From Candidatus Micrarchaeota archaeon CG1_02_47_40 (lineage in GTDB: Archaea; Micrarchaeota; Micrarchaeia; Anstonellales; CG1-02-47-40), in NCBI GenBank assembly GCA_001871475.1, contig MNVE01000016.1:133343-197342 (forward strand): 64,000 nucleotides of DNA, in the 5' to 3' direction. Position numbers and translations under genes: made by a program. The notes beneath the pieces were generated by a model. That model worked only from the letters and a program-made list of their open reading frames with translations, was not told the DNA's origin and made no database searches. Shown here piece by piece: positions 10,101 to 19,405 of this stretch. Positions within the stretch are counted from its first letter, which is position 1, and each line of letters opens with the position of its first letter.

Positions 10101-10692
10101 CAACTCAAAATGGGTTGGAGAAAGCGAGAAAGCGGTTAGGGAGATTTTCCGCAAGGCAAGGACTGCCGCTCCCTGCATCATTTTCATAGATGAGATAGAC
10201 GCCGTAGGAAGCTGGAGGGGCGTTGCGGATGATGCAGGAGGCAGGGTGCGCGAGAGCGTCGTGAATACTTTCTTGACTGAAATGGACGGGCTTACCAATC
10301 TGAAAAACGTGGTGGTGATTGCGGCTACAAACAGGCCGGACATACTTGACCCCGGATTGCTTCGCGCAGGCAGGTTTGACAAGATAATAGAGATGACTGT
10401 GCCTGATGAGAAGACGAGGCACGAAATATTCAAGGTGCACACGAAAAAGATGCCCCTTGCAAAGGATGTGGATTTGGAGGAGCTTTCAAAGAAAACCGAG
10501 GAGAATACCGGAGCGGATATAGAAAATATCTGCAGGGAGGCAGGCATGCATGCAATACGCGAAAATCCGGAGGGCGCAAGCGTAGAAATGAAGCACTTCC
10601 TCTCCGCAATGAAGAGCATACGCCCGACAGTAACGAAGGCGCATGTTGAAAGCATGAAGAAGTTCGCAAAGCAGGACGCGATGTTCAGGTAA
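7150..10692 (+). CDS. cdc48: CDC48/VCP AAA+ ATPase precursor containing an intein
   Basis: N-domain ([10 protein letters not shown]), D1 GPPGTGKT / MDELD / [10 protein letters not shown]2 GLPGTGKT / IDEID / RAGRFD. Start may be ATG 7159. Confidence 0.95.
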   Translation: MGLMTKSIELKVAEALQQDVGRGIVRIDSRAREALGVSTGDIVELKGKRSTAAIVWQAHPQDEGMSIVRMDGYLRQNTGVALQDRIMVKKAETVEAKKVVLAPMQPIKYSPGFDQFVLKRLIGRALTKGDMIFVGVFGTSFPLIAALVQPSGMAMITDRTELVLKEEPIKKTGTGLTLSYEDVGGLKEEVRKIREMVELPMRHPELFEKLGIEAPKGVLIYGPPGTGKTLLAKAVASESEANFIHIGGPELVSKFVGESEEKLRQLFKDAEENAPSIIFMDELDAIAPKREEVTGEVEKRMVSQLLTLMDGLKARGQVIVIGATNRVNSIDPALRRPGRFDREIEIGVPDRKSRLEILQIHTRGMPLENDVNLEELSGITHGYTGADISSLTKEAAMKTLRRILPQINLEQDTIPPEILENLRVTREDFFNALREILPSALREVFLERPNVHWGDMGGMEKVKEEMKEAIELPLKRPEIFSKFGIRPIKGILLVGLPGTGKTMIAKAVATETEANFISIKGPEVLCLAPGTPIFTDNCGLREISEFYERIKDKTTVERATDSLEVRKLNEPVFTFGIGKNGQIEKTKIERMHRVFVPKSYEIALSNGTALTVSENQPFYAYADGEIRWVKTSELKEGSWIAVPAQIPAFAKEMTIAPPSDEHLRMVQENEEFAEMRVFSARETARLPKKLSEDLAEFLGWFVAEGNISKEGISIANADKENKGRIKKLFGLFVPAERIREYSDKTVVYSTPLVHYLEGIFEMFLRRKKSGIIGVPSIIFKSDCRRIARFLRGAYLGDGHLGKTKVEYGTMSKKLAHGITYLLSILGIKYRRWERKDRMWMITISGKKEISAFKSAVFGEEAGKVRRYYNARYHIPDVSALLREAKSALNLKYDKEIPEGLFEGVLSGRKRCGLIRLQRMMSYLEKYADEKFRKSRCCASLSLMSKGTLAWIRVEKKTAGGQMWMYDLETENSSFIGGELPTVLHNSKWVGESEKAVREIFRKARTAAPCIIFIDEIDAVGSWRGVADDAGGRVRESVVNTFLTEMDGLTNLKNVVVIAATNRPDILDPGLLRAGRFDKIIEMTVPDEKTRHEIFKVHTKKMPLAKDVDLEELSKKTEENTGADIENICREAGMHAIRENPEGASVEMKHFLSAMKSIRPTVTKAHVESMKKFAKQDAMFR
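8725..10104 (+). mobile_element. Intein (460 aa) with LAGLIDADG homing endonuclease
   Basis: Interrupts the conserved GPEVL|SKWVGESE. Begins CLAPGT, ends VLHN followed by Ser+1. Motifs [12 protein letters not shown] and [10 protein letters not shown], and block F MYDLE. Confidence 0.95.
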
Positions 10693-10697
10693 ATTTT

Positions 10698-11294
10698 ATG
10701 AAATACGCAACAGCATCATTCATAAGCCTGGAGGAGTTCGTAAACATCGCAGTTTCGGTGGTGGCAATATCGCTTGCACTCACCTTTAACACAGCAGGCG
10801 GGCTTTCCGTAAAGCCGCCTGATTTTGTTTTTTACATGGGAGTGTTTACGCTGACAGTGGGAATCGGATTTGTTCTGCACGAGCTTGCGCACAAATTCAC
10901 CGCAATGCGATATGGCGCATGGGCGCAGTTTAGGGCGTGGCCTGCTGGCTTGCTGCTGATGCTTGGGATGGCGCTGTTTCTCCCAATAATGTTCCTTGCT
11001 CCTGGCGCAGTCTACATTTACTCCCCTTACATAAACAAAAAGCAAAATGGCATAATTTCAGTCGCAGGGCCGCTTACAAACCTTGCGCTTGTGGCGGTGT
11101 TTGGAGTGATATACGCTTTTTCATTTGGAACGGTAAGGGAGATTGCCTCCCTTGGCGCGAGCGTGAACGCTTTCCTTGCATTCTTCAACATGATTCCCAT
11201 CTTTCCTCTTGACGGCTCTAAAGTCTTGGCATGGGATTGGAGGGTGTGGCTGGCAGTAATTGCAGTGGCTTTCCTGCTTTCAGGCGGGTTTTAG
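10698..11294 (+). CDS. Site-2 protease (peptidase M50) family membrane metalloprotease
   Basis: HELAH, AGPLTN and FNMIPIFPLDG motifs in a hydrophobic protein. Confidence 0.9.
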   Translation: MKYATASFISLEEFVNIAVSVVAISLALTFNTAGGLSVKPPDFVFYMGVFTLTVGIGFVLHELAHKFTAMRYGAWAQFRAWPAGLLLMLGMALFLPIMFLAPGAVYIYSPYINKKQNGIISVAGPLTNLALVAVFGVIYAFSFGTVREIASLGASVNAFLAFFNMIPIFPLDGSKVLAWDWRVWLAVIAVAFLLSGGF

Positions 11295-11297
11295 CTT

Positions 11298-11930
11298 ATG
11301 GAAAAATCGGAAGGAGATTTTTCCAGACTTGCCTTAGAGAGCAAGCAGATGGAGGAGTTAAGAGGTGCGGAAGCTGTTTTGAAGGGGAAGAAAGTTGATG
11401 GAGAGAAGGCGCTTTGTAAAATAAGGGGGAAAAAAGGATATAGGAATGCGCTCTTGGATGCTAAGTTGCGGAAAGGAAGAACTAAAAGGGAAGCAAAATT
11501 AATGCAGAAAGCTTCTGAAGCCGGCGTTCCCTGCCCTGCTGTTTTTGGAGTGCGGGAGTTTGAAATTGATTTTTCCTTTATAGAAGGGAGATTGGCAAGC
11601 GAAATGAGGCTGGATGGAAATGCCCTGAAAGAATCTGCCAGACTTCTCTCCCTGCTTCACTCCATAAACATCATTCACGGAGATTATACCCCTGCAAACC
11701 TCATTATTGGAAAGGGAGGCAGGGTAAGCGTAATTGATTTTGGCTTGGGTTTCTTTTCGCATAAATTAGAGGATAAGGCGGTTGACGTATTTACGATGAA
11801 GCAGGCGCTTGAAGGAGGAATGGGGAAGAAATTCGTTGAGGAGTATGAAAAGTTTGGAGAGAAAGGAGTAGTTGAGAGGATGAGAGAGGTGGAGAGCAGA
11901 GCGAGATATCGGGAGAGAAAGGAGAAATGA
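11298..11930 (+). CDS. bud32: KEOPS-complex kinase Bud32
   Basis: RGAEA, K.R..KGYR...LD.KLR..RT.REA, IIHGDYTPAN, IDFGL, EDKAVD and a terminal RARY motif. Confidence 0.9.
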   Translation: MEKSEGDFSRLALESKQMEELRGAEAVLKGKKVDGEKALCKIRGKKGYRNALLDAKLRKGRTKREAKLMQKASEAGVPCPAVFGVREFEIDFSFIEGRLASEMRLDGNALKESARLLSLLHSINIIHGDYTPANLIIGKGGRVSVIDFGLGFFSHKLEDKAVDVFTMKQALEGGMGKKFVEEYEKFGEKGVVERMREVESRARYRERKEK

Positions 11931-12042
11931 TGAGGGAAGCTGGGGAGAGATAAGAAAGCTGAAAAGAAGGCAAGGTATCGGGAGAGGGGCAAAGTATTAT
12001 AAAGGAGAAAACATCTAATTATACCACGTATAACAGTAAAAG

Positions 12043-12567
12043 GTGATTTTGATGAATAGAATTTATGCAAGAAAAGTAACTTTGCCCGATGGAAGAAGCG
12101 CAGTTGCCATAAGCGGAAAGAGGGCGCCGGGCTCGCAGAAGGTAAAAAAAGGGGAATTTTTTCACGAGCTTACAAAAAGAGAAAAGGATGAAAAGAACTG
12201 GAACCTGACAGAGAAAGAAGCTGAAACAATCCGCTTTGCGGAAAAAATAGGCAAGAAATACGATTTGAGAATAACCTCTCCTGAAGTCGGAATTTTCCGC
12301 GTGGAGTTTCCTAAAGAAAGCGGAATCAGTAGCCAAAAAATGAATCCAAAGGAGCTTGCAGGTTATCTGAAGCAGTTGGAATTCCTGTTCCTGAAAGCAA
12401 TGGCAAACGAGCGAGGCTATAATCTCAAGGAAGACCCTGACGGGAACAGGTACATTGTATTTGAAGGGGAAAAAGCAATAATGTCCCTGCGCCCCGCCGA
12501 TGTTGAGAAATTCCTGCAAAGAATGGAAATGACGGCACAAGAGAGGAAAAAGGCAGGCATTGAATAG
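12043..12567 (+). CDS. Hypothetical protein (basic, soluble)
   Basis: Long ORF with typical codon usage. TATA-like TATTATAAA near 11995 and GGTGA RBS. Start probably ATG 12052. Confidence 0.65.
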   Translation: MILMNRIYARKVTLPDGRSAVAISGKRAPGSQKVKKGEFFHELTKREKDEKNWNLTEKEAETIRFAEKIGKKYDLRITSPEVGIFRVEFPKESGISSQKMNPKELAGYLKQLEFLFLKAMANERGYNLKEDPDGNRYIVFEGEKAIMSLRPADVEKFLQRMEMTAQERKKAGIE

Positions 12568-12582
12568 TTTGAGGTGGTATAA

Positions 12583-13086
12583 ATGACAGCAAAAATCACG
12601 GTTAAATTTGGCAGGTATGGAGGGACTGGGATAACTTTTCCCGTTCCAGAGTATATTGCGAGGGCGTTTGCGAAAAAAGAGCCCCTTGCGGGGGAGGCGC
12701 TCAAGAGAAGAGAGGATGTGCGCAGATTATTTAGGTGGGTGGAAAAGGGAGAGCCTGAACGGATTGTAATGAGAAAGTATAAACTTCTTGCCGGAATTGA
12801 CAAAACAGAGGAGGTTTCGGTCAGCTTTGAGATTCCGCCGGAAGCAAGACTGCGCGAAGGGCAGGAAGAGCTGACGCTCGGAAAAACAATAAAGAACAGC
12901 GAAATTACGAAGGAAGTCTTTCAAAAAGCAAAGCAGGCGAGAATTAAGGCTTACACCTTGGGCTGGAGCCCGGAGGGAATTAGGTACCATATTGCCAGGG
13001 AAGCACAAGGACCGATTATGGTGCTGACTCTGCAGGAGCTTTCCAATCTCTGCGATGCCCGAAAAAATCAGGGGGAAGCTAACTAA
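12583..13086 (+). CDS. Hypothetical protein
   Basis: GAGGTGG RBS upstream. Lies 15 bp after the previous ORF. No family recognised. Confidence 0.65.
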   Translation: MTAKITVKFGRYGGTGITFPVPEYIARAFAKKEPLAGEALKRREDVRRLFRWVEKGEPERIVMRKYKLLAGIDKTEEVSVSFEIPPEARLREGQEELTLGKTIKNSEITKEVFQKAKQARIKAYTLGWSPEGIRYHIAREAQGPIMVLTLQELSNLCDARKNQGEAN

Positions 13087-13204
13087 AGCTCCCCTACCCT
13101 TCTCTTCATCTTGCGCTTGAGCCTTTTCCTTCTCTTCTTTAGCCATTTCCAGCGCATTCTTCCCTTCTTTTTCCATTTTCGTGGTCTTGCACTCAAAAAA
13201 TCAC

Positions 13205-13360
13205 ACCTTAAGTTAATTTTTGTTTCTTTTGCTTATATATGAATTTTGCATATATATGATATACTTGTTTTTTCCCTTTGAATATACTGCTTAAGTTTTT
13301 TCCCTTCGGATATAAACCTTAAGTTAATACTTGTTTTTTCTCTTTTGCTTATATATGAAT
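13205..13360. repeat. AT-rich intergenic region with imperfect direct repeats
   Basis: ACCTTAAGTTAAT...CTTTTGCTTATATATGAAT at ~13205-13244 and ~13316-13360, with partial copies between. Confidence 0.7.
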
Positions 13361-13377
13361 ATAAAGGTTTGCAAGCA

Positions 13378-13944
13378 TCAGTTTTTTGAGATTGCGCCAT
13401 AAAGGGGCTTTGAAAGGAACACCTTGTTCGTTTTTCCAACCCGCTCCAGGCTCAAAATGCCCTTCTTTGCAAGGCGGGCTAACGCACGGTGAGCGCGCAG
13501 GCGCGTCATTCCCTCAAGCCTGCTTATTTCCGACTGGTATGCACTTCCCCCGCCTTTTGCAAGAAAGGAGAGTATTTTGCGCTCCTCCTCTGCAAGGAAA
13601 TTCAAGAGCATTTCCGCGGTTATCTCGCTTTCCTTCTCCTTTTGCTCTATGCGCGCGTAAAGAAGGTAGAATACAAATGCCCCTACTGCAACCCCCAAAG
13701 CAGCCATAAGGAGCATCATCTCCATGTGATAATACGCAAGAAAGTCAAACAAGCCGAATGAATAGCCGGGAGGAAGGCGGTAGGTGAATATAATGGAGAA
13801 GGAAAGAAAAAGAAAGGCGGCAATGGTGCTGACTGCAAGCGCAAGCCTCCTGTTTTGGGACATTTGGCGTAATTTAGGCATCTGCAGGGGGTTGATTTCC
13901 GTTTTTGCAGCCATTGTTTCACCAATTGATAAGTATTGTTTCAT
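13378..13944 (-). CDS. Membrane-anchored winged-HTH protein (two TM helices plus C-terminal HTH)
   Basis: Two hydrophobic segments, then FL..EERKIL..L...GG...QSEI.RL.GM.R.R.HR.L..L..KGI...ERVGKTNKV. Divergent from the copper operon. Confidence 0.75.
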   Translation of the reverse strand: MKQYLSIGETMAAKTEINPLQMPKLRQMSQNRRLALAVSTIAAFLFLSFSIIFTYRLPPGYSFGLFDFLAYYHMEMMLLMAALGVAVGAFVFYLLYARIEQKEKESEITAEMLLNFLAEEERKILSFLAKGGGSAYQSEISRLEGMTRLRAHRALARLAKKGILSLERVGKTNKVFLSKPLYGAISKN

Positions 13945-13999
13945 ACAAATGAAATAGTGAAGTTGATGGAATATTTAAAATAAACGGTTGGTGATTTGA

Positions 14000-14629
14000 A
14001 TGGGTATGGATAAGCTTTCGTTGTTTGCAGTCCTGTTTGCGCTTGCGGGAATCGTGATGATTTTCGCGCTTTCAAGCGGAATCGGGGGAAATGAAATAAT
14101 TGACAGTGCCACTGGAGGCAATACGCTTGCGGGAAGCGGGGCGGATGGCACGGGAAGCAATTCTGGCGGCGGAGGGTGCGGCGGAGTGTCTGGCGGCGGA
14201 TGCGGCTCTGCTGTTGGAGTGGGCGGCTGCGGATGCGGCGGCGGTATTGGAGGCAATACTAATGCGGGAGGCAGTGCAGACACTGGAAGCAAAGCCGATG
14301 CAGGAGGAGCTGGAAGCGGTGCGGCAGGAAGCGGCACTGGAACTGGCGCTGGAAGCGGTTCTGTACAGGATGTTTACATAAAGGCGCTTGGCAGTGGAAG
14401 GTATGATAAGGGAGAGGTGCGCGTGAAGGCAGGGGTGCCGGTGCGCTTTCATTTCAGCGCCGAGCAGAATTCAGGATGCGGCAAGCTCGTGGTGATGGAG
14501 GAATTCGGCGTGCGCCTCGTTTCCTACAATGGGGAGGAAACGGTTGCACAATTCACGCCAACGCAGAAAGGCATTTACGAGTATCACTGCGGGATGCACA
14601 TGTTTGTTGGAAGGATGATAGTTGAATAA
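14000..14629 (+). CDS. Exported cupredoxin-domain protein with a Gly/Cys-rich linker
   Basis: N-terminal signal/TM segment, GGGCG repeats, and C-terminal VKAGVPV...GC...FTP...G.YEYHCGMHM cupredoxin signature. Confidence 0.8.
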   Translation: MGMDKLSLFAVLFALAGIVMIFALSSGIGGNEIIDSATGGNTLAGSGADGTGSNSGGGGCGGVSGGGCGSAVGVGGCGCGGGIGGNTNAGGSADTGSKADAGGAGSGAAGSGTGTGAGSGSVQDVYIKALGSGRYDKGEVRVKAGVPVRFHFSAEQNSGCGKLVVMEEFGVRLVSYNGEETVAQFTPTQKGIYEYHCGMHMFVGRMIVE

Positions 14630-14749
14630 TGGAAATGAGGGGAATGGAAAGAATACAAAAAGAGGAGGGGAAGGCATAATTGGAAGAATGATAGTGGAAT
14701 AGGAAAGAATACGATTAGGGGAAACAGTTGAATAATGGAGATGGTTTGC

Positions 14750-14953
14750 ATGGAAAAAATACTGAAAATAAAAGGAATGCACTGCAAAAGCTGCGAAATG
14801 ATAGTTGCGGATGCGGTGAATGGGATAAGAGGGGCGAAAGCCATTTACGTTGACAGTGGGAAAGGGGAGATGAAAGTCAGTGTGGAAAACGAGGGGGTTG
14901 TTGAAAAGATAGCAAAGGCGGTTGCAAAGGAAGGATATTCTTTAGTAAAATAA
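14750..14953 (+). CDS. Heavy-metal-associated (HMA) copper chaperone, CopZ-like
   Basis: [11 protein letters not shown]...I..AV.KEGY HMA motif. Confidence 0.85.
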   Translation: MEKILKIKGMHCKSCEMIVADAVNGIRGAKAIYVDSGKGEMKVSVENEGVVEKIAKAVAKEGYSLVK

Positions 14954-15002
14954 TGAATAAGAAGGGGAAGGCAAATATGATAAATAAAGGAGGGGAAAGC
15001 AA

Positions 15003-15959
15003 ATGGAAAAAATACTGAAAATAAAGGGAATGCACTGCAAAAGCTGCGAAAGGGTGATTGCCGGTGCAGTGAATGAAATTGAAGGAGTGAATGCGGTGTA
15101 TGTAAGCCAGGAAAGGGGGGAGATGAAAGTCGGCATTGCAAAGGATGAGGATGTAGAAAAAATCTCAAAGGCGATTGCAAAGGGAGGGTATGAAATTATT
15201 AGAGAGGGGAAAAAAGAAGAGGAGGGAAAACAGGCAGGAGAAAGCACGCGCAGCCGCGCAAGGGATTTTTTGCTTGGGCTGTTTTCAGGGAGGGAGGGGT
15301 TTGAGATTGAAAACCGCCTTTTTGCATATGCGGCATTTTCAATCGTATCATTGCTGATTGCGCTCGTATTCTTTTACTTCACGGCATTCAACAGAATTCC
15401 GCGCTTCCTTGAAATTTATGCGCCTCTCCTCGTTTTGGCAGCCGCCGGAATACCCACAATCCTTTTTGCGTTCTTTCACGCGCAGGCATTCAGAAGAAGA
15501 GCCTCCTGCATGGGCGGGATGATGGTGGGGATGACTATTGGGATGATGGCAGGGTTTCTTTTGGGGGCGCTTGCAGGCGCGACCAATGGGATGTTTGTAG
15601 GAAGCCTTGTTGGTATGGGAGTAGGAATGCTCGTGGGATTTGAGGCGGGCAGGTGCTGCGGAGTGATGGGCGCCATGGAAGGGCTTATGGGAGGCTTGAT
15701 GGCAGGCACCATGGGCGCGATGCTGTCGGTCATGATGGTAACTGACAACCTTATACTGTTCCTCTACATCCTCTTTGCCTGCTGCCTTGCAATACTTGCA
15801 GGCATGAGTTATATGATAAGAAAGGAGCATGGGAAGATGATGCATGAGCATCTGCAAATCAGCCTTGGCGGGTTCTTTTTGATTTGCCTTGGCGCTCTGC
15901 TCTTCCTTTGCGCGATAATGATTTTCGGACCGAAAGCAGGGATAGTAATTGGTGGTTAA
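15003..15959 (+). CDS. HMA domain fused to a Met/Gly-rich multi-TM membrane domain
   Basis: N-terminal GMHCKSC HMA, similar at DNA level to 14750..14953. Then several TM segments including [16 protein letters not shown] and [23 protein letters not shown]. Confidence 0.75.
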   Translation: MEKILKIKGMHCKSCERVIAGAVNEIEGVNAVYVSQERGEMKVGIAKDEDVEKISKAIAKGGYEIIREGKKEEEGKQAGESTRSRARDFLLGLFSGREGFEIENRLFAYAAFSIVSLLIALVFFYFTAFNRIPRFLEIYAPLLVLAAAGIPTILFAFFHAQAFRRRASCMGGMMVGMTIGMMAGFLLGALAGATNGMFVGSLVGMGVGMLVGFEAGRCCGVMGAMEGLMGGLMAGTMGAMLSVMMVTDNLILFLYILFACCLAILAGMSYMIRKEHGKMMHEHLQISLGGFFLICLGALLFLCAIMIFGPKAGIVIGG

Positions 15960-18285
15960 GATGAAAACGATTGAAATTAAACGGAGAGGAAAGTTCTCAA
16001 GGGGGGTTGAAACCCTCAAGGGAAACACCGTGCGAGCAGGCAGGATGAAATATGTATCTACTCTGCTCTCACGGTGTTGGAGTGGAACCCCCCTTATGGG
16101 AATGAAAACCGTTGAGAATACACGAGAAATAAAAAGAACTCAGATTTCAATTTCAGGAATGCACTGCGCAAGCTGTGCGTCGCTTATTTCAAAGGCTCTG
16201 CAGAAAACGCAGGGAGTGAAAAGCGTGAATGTGAATTACGCGGCAGCGAAAGCAAGCGTTGAATTTGACGAGAAAAAAACAGATGAGAAAAAAATAATTG
16301 AGGTAATAAAGTCAAGGGGATATTCTGCTTTGGTGGGAGTTGACCACGAGCATGAGAGCCTGGTAAGGGAAAGGGAGATAATTGAATTGAGAAATTTGCT
16401 CGTATTCGCCGCGGCGCTCTCCTTGCCGGCATTTCTGCTTGGAATGTTCTTAATGGAATTCCCATACCGAAGCCTTCTTCTCTTCTTGCTTGCTACCCCT
16501 GTACAGTTTATTGCCGGAAGGGGGTTTTACCTTGGGGCGTTAAGCGCCCTGAAAAACCGCACAGCAAGCATGGATACGCTGATTGCAATAGGCACCAGCG
16601 CCGCTTACTTTTACAGCATCGCCTTTCTCTTCGGGCTTGTAGAGGAGCAATACTTTGAGACGGCAGCAGTACTTATTACCTTAGTTATTTTAGGAAAATA
16701 TCTAGAGGCGCGCGCCAAAGGCAGGACAAGCCAAGCGATACGAAAACTGATGGGGCTTGCGCCAAAACATGCGATAGTGATACGCGCAGGCAGGGAGATG
16801 AAGGTTCCCATTTCCGAAGTAAGGGTAGGTGACATCGTCTTAGTAAAGCCCGGGGAGAAAATACCTGTGGACGGCATCGTTCTTGAGGGAAAGTCGGCAG
16901 TAGATGAGAGTATGATTACCGGAGAGAGCGTGCCGGCTGACAAGTCAAAGGGGATGAAAGTTGTAGGGGCTTCCATAAACAAAAACGGGGTTTTACGCAT
17001 AAAGGCAATGAAAATAGGAAAAGACACTGTGCTTTCGCAGATAGTGAAACTGGTTGAGGAGGCGCAAGGAAGCAGGGCTGATATACAGCGGTTTGCGGAT
17101 GCGATAAGCGCGGTTTTTGTGCCGGTGGTTGTCGCCATAGCCATCCTTTCCCTGGCAGTCTGGATTATGCTTGGGCAGACCTTCTCCTTTGCCCTTCTGA
17201 CAGCAGTTTCCGTTCTTGTGATAGCCTGCCCCTGCGCACTGGGGCTTGCAACTCCGACTGCGATAATGGTAGGCACCGGGATTGGCGCGCAGAGGGGAAT
17301 TCTCATAAAAAACGCGGAAACGCTTGAGAACATGCACAAGATAAACGCGCTCATATTTGACAAGACAGGAACGATAACCGAGGGGAAGATGAATGTGACC
17401 GATTTTGTCCCTCTTGAAGGCGCGCATGATGCAACTGCGCTTTCTCTTGCGTATTCAGTAGAGGCAAACTCCGAGCACCCGCTTGCGGATGCGATTGTGA
17501 ATTACGCAAAGGGTGAAGGGGCAAAAAAACAGAAAACTTCCTCCTTTAGGGCGGTGCCCGGGCACGGGGTTGAGGCAATGGTGGGAAAAGAGCGCGTGTA
17601 TATAGGAAAGCCAAAAGGCACTCACGCAAAAGGAAAGATTGTTTCCCTCATCGCACGGCTTGAAGGGGAGGGAAAAACCGTGATGGTGCTTGAGAAAAAC
17701 GGAAAGCCGTCAGCCGTAATCGGAGTTGCGGATGTAATAAGAAAAACAAGCAGAGCGGCGGTTGCCGAACTTCAAAAGCTTGGGATATCCTCCTGGATGA
17801 TTACTGGGGATAATAAGAGGACTGCGGCTGCGATTGCACGCCTTGCAGGCATAAAAAACGTCTTTGCGCAGGTCCTCCCAAAAGACAAGGCGGAATATGT
17901 GAAGAAGCTTCAGAAAAAAGGGATGAAGGTTGCAATGGTTGGGGACGGCATAAATGATGCGCCGGCGCTTGCGCAGGCAGACATAGGAATTGCAATGGGA
18001 GGCGGAACCGACGTGGCGATTGAAACCGGCTCCGTAATCATTATGAGAAATGACCCGCTGGACGTTCCGCGCGCAATAAAGCTGGGAAGGGCGACAATAA
18101 ACAAGATAAGGCAGAATATGTTCTGGGCGCTTGTATATAATGTTGTCGGCATACCAATAGCTGCTGGTGTGCTTTATCCTTCCTTTGGGATACTGCTCTC
18201 TCCCATTATTGCGGGAGGCGCGATGGCGCTCTCAAGCGTTTCGGTGGTGGGAAACTCGCTGCTTCTTGGAAGGGAGAAACTGTAG
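15949..18285 (+). CDS. copA: Copper-translocating P1B-type ATPase
   Basis: [44 protein letters not shown] and MALSS motifs. Start uncertain (15961 or 16102) because of an inserted palindrome. Confidence 0.95.
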   Translation: MVVKMKTIEIKRRGKFSRGVETLKGNTVRAGRMKYVSTLLSRCWSGTPLMGMKTVENTREIKRTQISISGMHCASCASLISKALQKTQGVKSVNVNYAAAKASVEFDEKKTDEKKIIEVIKSRGYSALVGVDHEHESLVREREIIELRNLLVFAAALSLPAFLLGMFLMEFPYRSLLLFLLATPVQFIAGRGFYLGALSALKNRTASMDTLIAIGTSAAYFYSIAFLFGLVEEQYFETAAVLITLVILGKYLEARAKGRTSQAIRKLMGLAPKHAIVIRAGREMKVPISEVRVGDIVLVKPGEKIPVDGIVLEGKSAVDESMITGESVPADKSKGMKVVGASINKNGVLRIKAMKIGKDTVLSQIVKLVEEAQGSRADIQRFADAISAVFVPVVVAIAILSLAVWIMLGQTFSFALLTAVSVLVIACPCALGLATPTAIMVGTGIGAQRGILIKNAETLENMHKINALIFDKTGTITEGKMNVTDFVPLEGAHDATALSLAYSVEANSEHPLADAIVNYAKGEGAKKQKTSSFRAVPGHGVEAMVGKERVYIGKPKGTHAKGKIVSLIARLEGEGKTVMVLEKNGKPSAVIGVADVIRKTSRAAVAELQKLGISSWMITGDNKRTAAAIARLAGIKNVFAQVLPKDKAEYVKKLQKKGMKVAMVGDGINDAPALAQADIGIAMGGGTDVAIETGSVIIMRNDPLDVPRAIKLGRATINKIRQNMFWALVYNVVGIPIAAGVLYPSFGILLSPIIAGGAMALSSVSVVGNSLLLGREKL
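16024..16078. repeat. Palindromic element type B (55 bp) in the 5' region of copA
   Basis: AACACCGTGCGAGCAG-N23-CTGCTCTCACGGTGTT. The same 16-nt arms and the same length occur at 45272-45326. Confidence 0.85.
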
Positions 18286-18308
18286 TTTTTTTCCTCTTCT
18301 TAGCGCGG

Positions 18309-19010
18309 TTAAGTTGGTTCAACGTCGCTTCTGATTATGAAATAATAAGATTTGTCATCTTCGGTTTCTGACTGTATCTCTATGCGATACCCTTCAATTC
18401 GCACCTTAATGTAGTTTATAATCTCCTTTGCGTTTTCTTCTGCCTTTTTGCCGATGCCGAGCAGAATTATTCCCCTTGGAATGTGAGCATCAATTTGCGT
18501 AACAATGCGCCTACCAGTATGTTCAATACTCTCCTCTGCTTTTATGAACCCGACATATTTGTCAATATTTTTTAGGCTTTCACTTATTCCTTCCTTCAAT
18601 TCGGTTTCATTCGTTGTTTTTTCAAATAATAGCCATAAATACTTGTCAATCAAGCCGTTCTGAGAAAGTTGCGCTACGTGCAACCCTCTCGTTCCGAACT
18701 TATTGCGTATTATCCTTCTGAGGTTGTCTAGCTTCTCGTAATTTTTTTCTTTTTCAAATGCCCGCAATGAAAGACCCATTTCTATCTGCAAGCGGATATC
18801 TGAATCGGAAACGTATTTTCGATACAGCTTCCAAGATGGTTTTTCTCTTTGTTTCCTAACTACTTCAATGGTTTCCTTATCCACTATAAACGCAAGTTCT
18901 CCTCGTTTAAATCGTTCTATAAAGTCTTCAAATTTTTCTTCAAAGTGCTCCATTACCGCTTTTGCCGCACCTTTAACTGTCGATGCGATAGGGTCCGGCT
19001 CTGACACCAT
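18309..19010 (-). CDS. Hypothetical protein in an AT-richer islet
   Basis: 233-aa ORF with no family recognised. Follows the 88-aa ORF by 12 bp. Confidence 0.7.
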   Translation of the reverse strand: MVSEPDPIASTVKGAAKAVMEHFEEKFEDFIERFKRGELAFIVDKETIEVVRKQREKPSWKLYRKYVSDSDIRLQIEMGLSLRAFEKEKNYEKLDNLRRIIRNKFGTRGLHVAQLSQNGLIDKYLWLLFEKTTNETELKEGISESLKNIDKYVGFIKAEESIEHTGRRIVTQIDAHIPRGIILLGIGKKAEENAKEIINYIKVRIEGYRIEIQSETEDDKSYYFIIRSDVEPT

Positions 19011-19022
19011 ATTTGCACTTCC

Positions 19023-19289
19023 TTAAATTTCTTTGTCGTATTCATCTAAATAAGCAGCTATACTTAACGGGTTGTTATCTAAAATCACCGTGCTTCCAGG
19101 AAAGATTAGCATGTTGGAGAGACTGACGTCTATTCCTACGTATTTGTCCTGTACTCTTTTTCCGCTATTATCAACTACATAACCGTCTTTGGAACCGTAA
19201 CCAAGCCGTTCAAGCAATTTTTGTTTCATAACTTCGGGTATATCCTTAAGTGAAATGTACTCCATTTTTCTCACCCTCTTAAAGAACAT
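19023..19289 (-). CDS. Small hypothetical protein
   Basis: ORF with GGGTGA RBS before ATG 19265 (likely start). Contains IFPGSTVILDNNP. Confidence 0.6.
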   Translation of the reverse strand: MFFKRVRKMEYISLKDIPEVMKQKLLERLGYGSKDGYVVDNSGKRVQDKYVGIDVSLSNMLIFPGSTVILDNNPLSIAAYLDEYDKEI

Positions 19290-19405
19290 AAATAATTGGA
19301 AAATTTAAAAACAGATAGTATTATGTTAGACAAGTATAAAATACTGTTTAGGAAAAATATCGCCAAAATATTGACATTTTCTTCTCTTTTAGCCTTCCTT
19401 CTTTT

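Noticed and set aside
12727-13176. 149-aa minus-strand ORF
   Set aside because: Mostly antisense to the better-supported 12583..13086 gene. Only the first ~30 codons look like real coding sequence.
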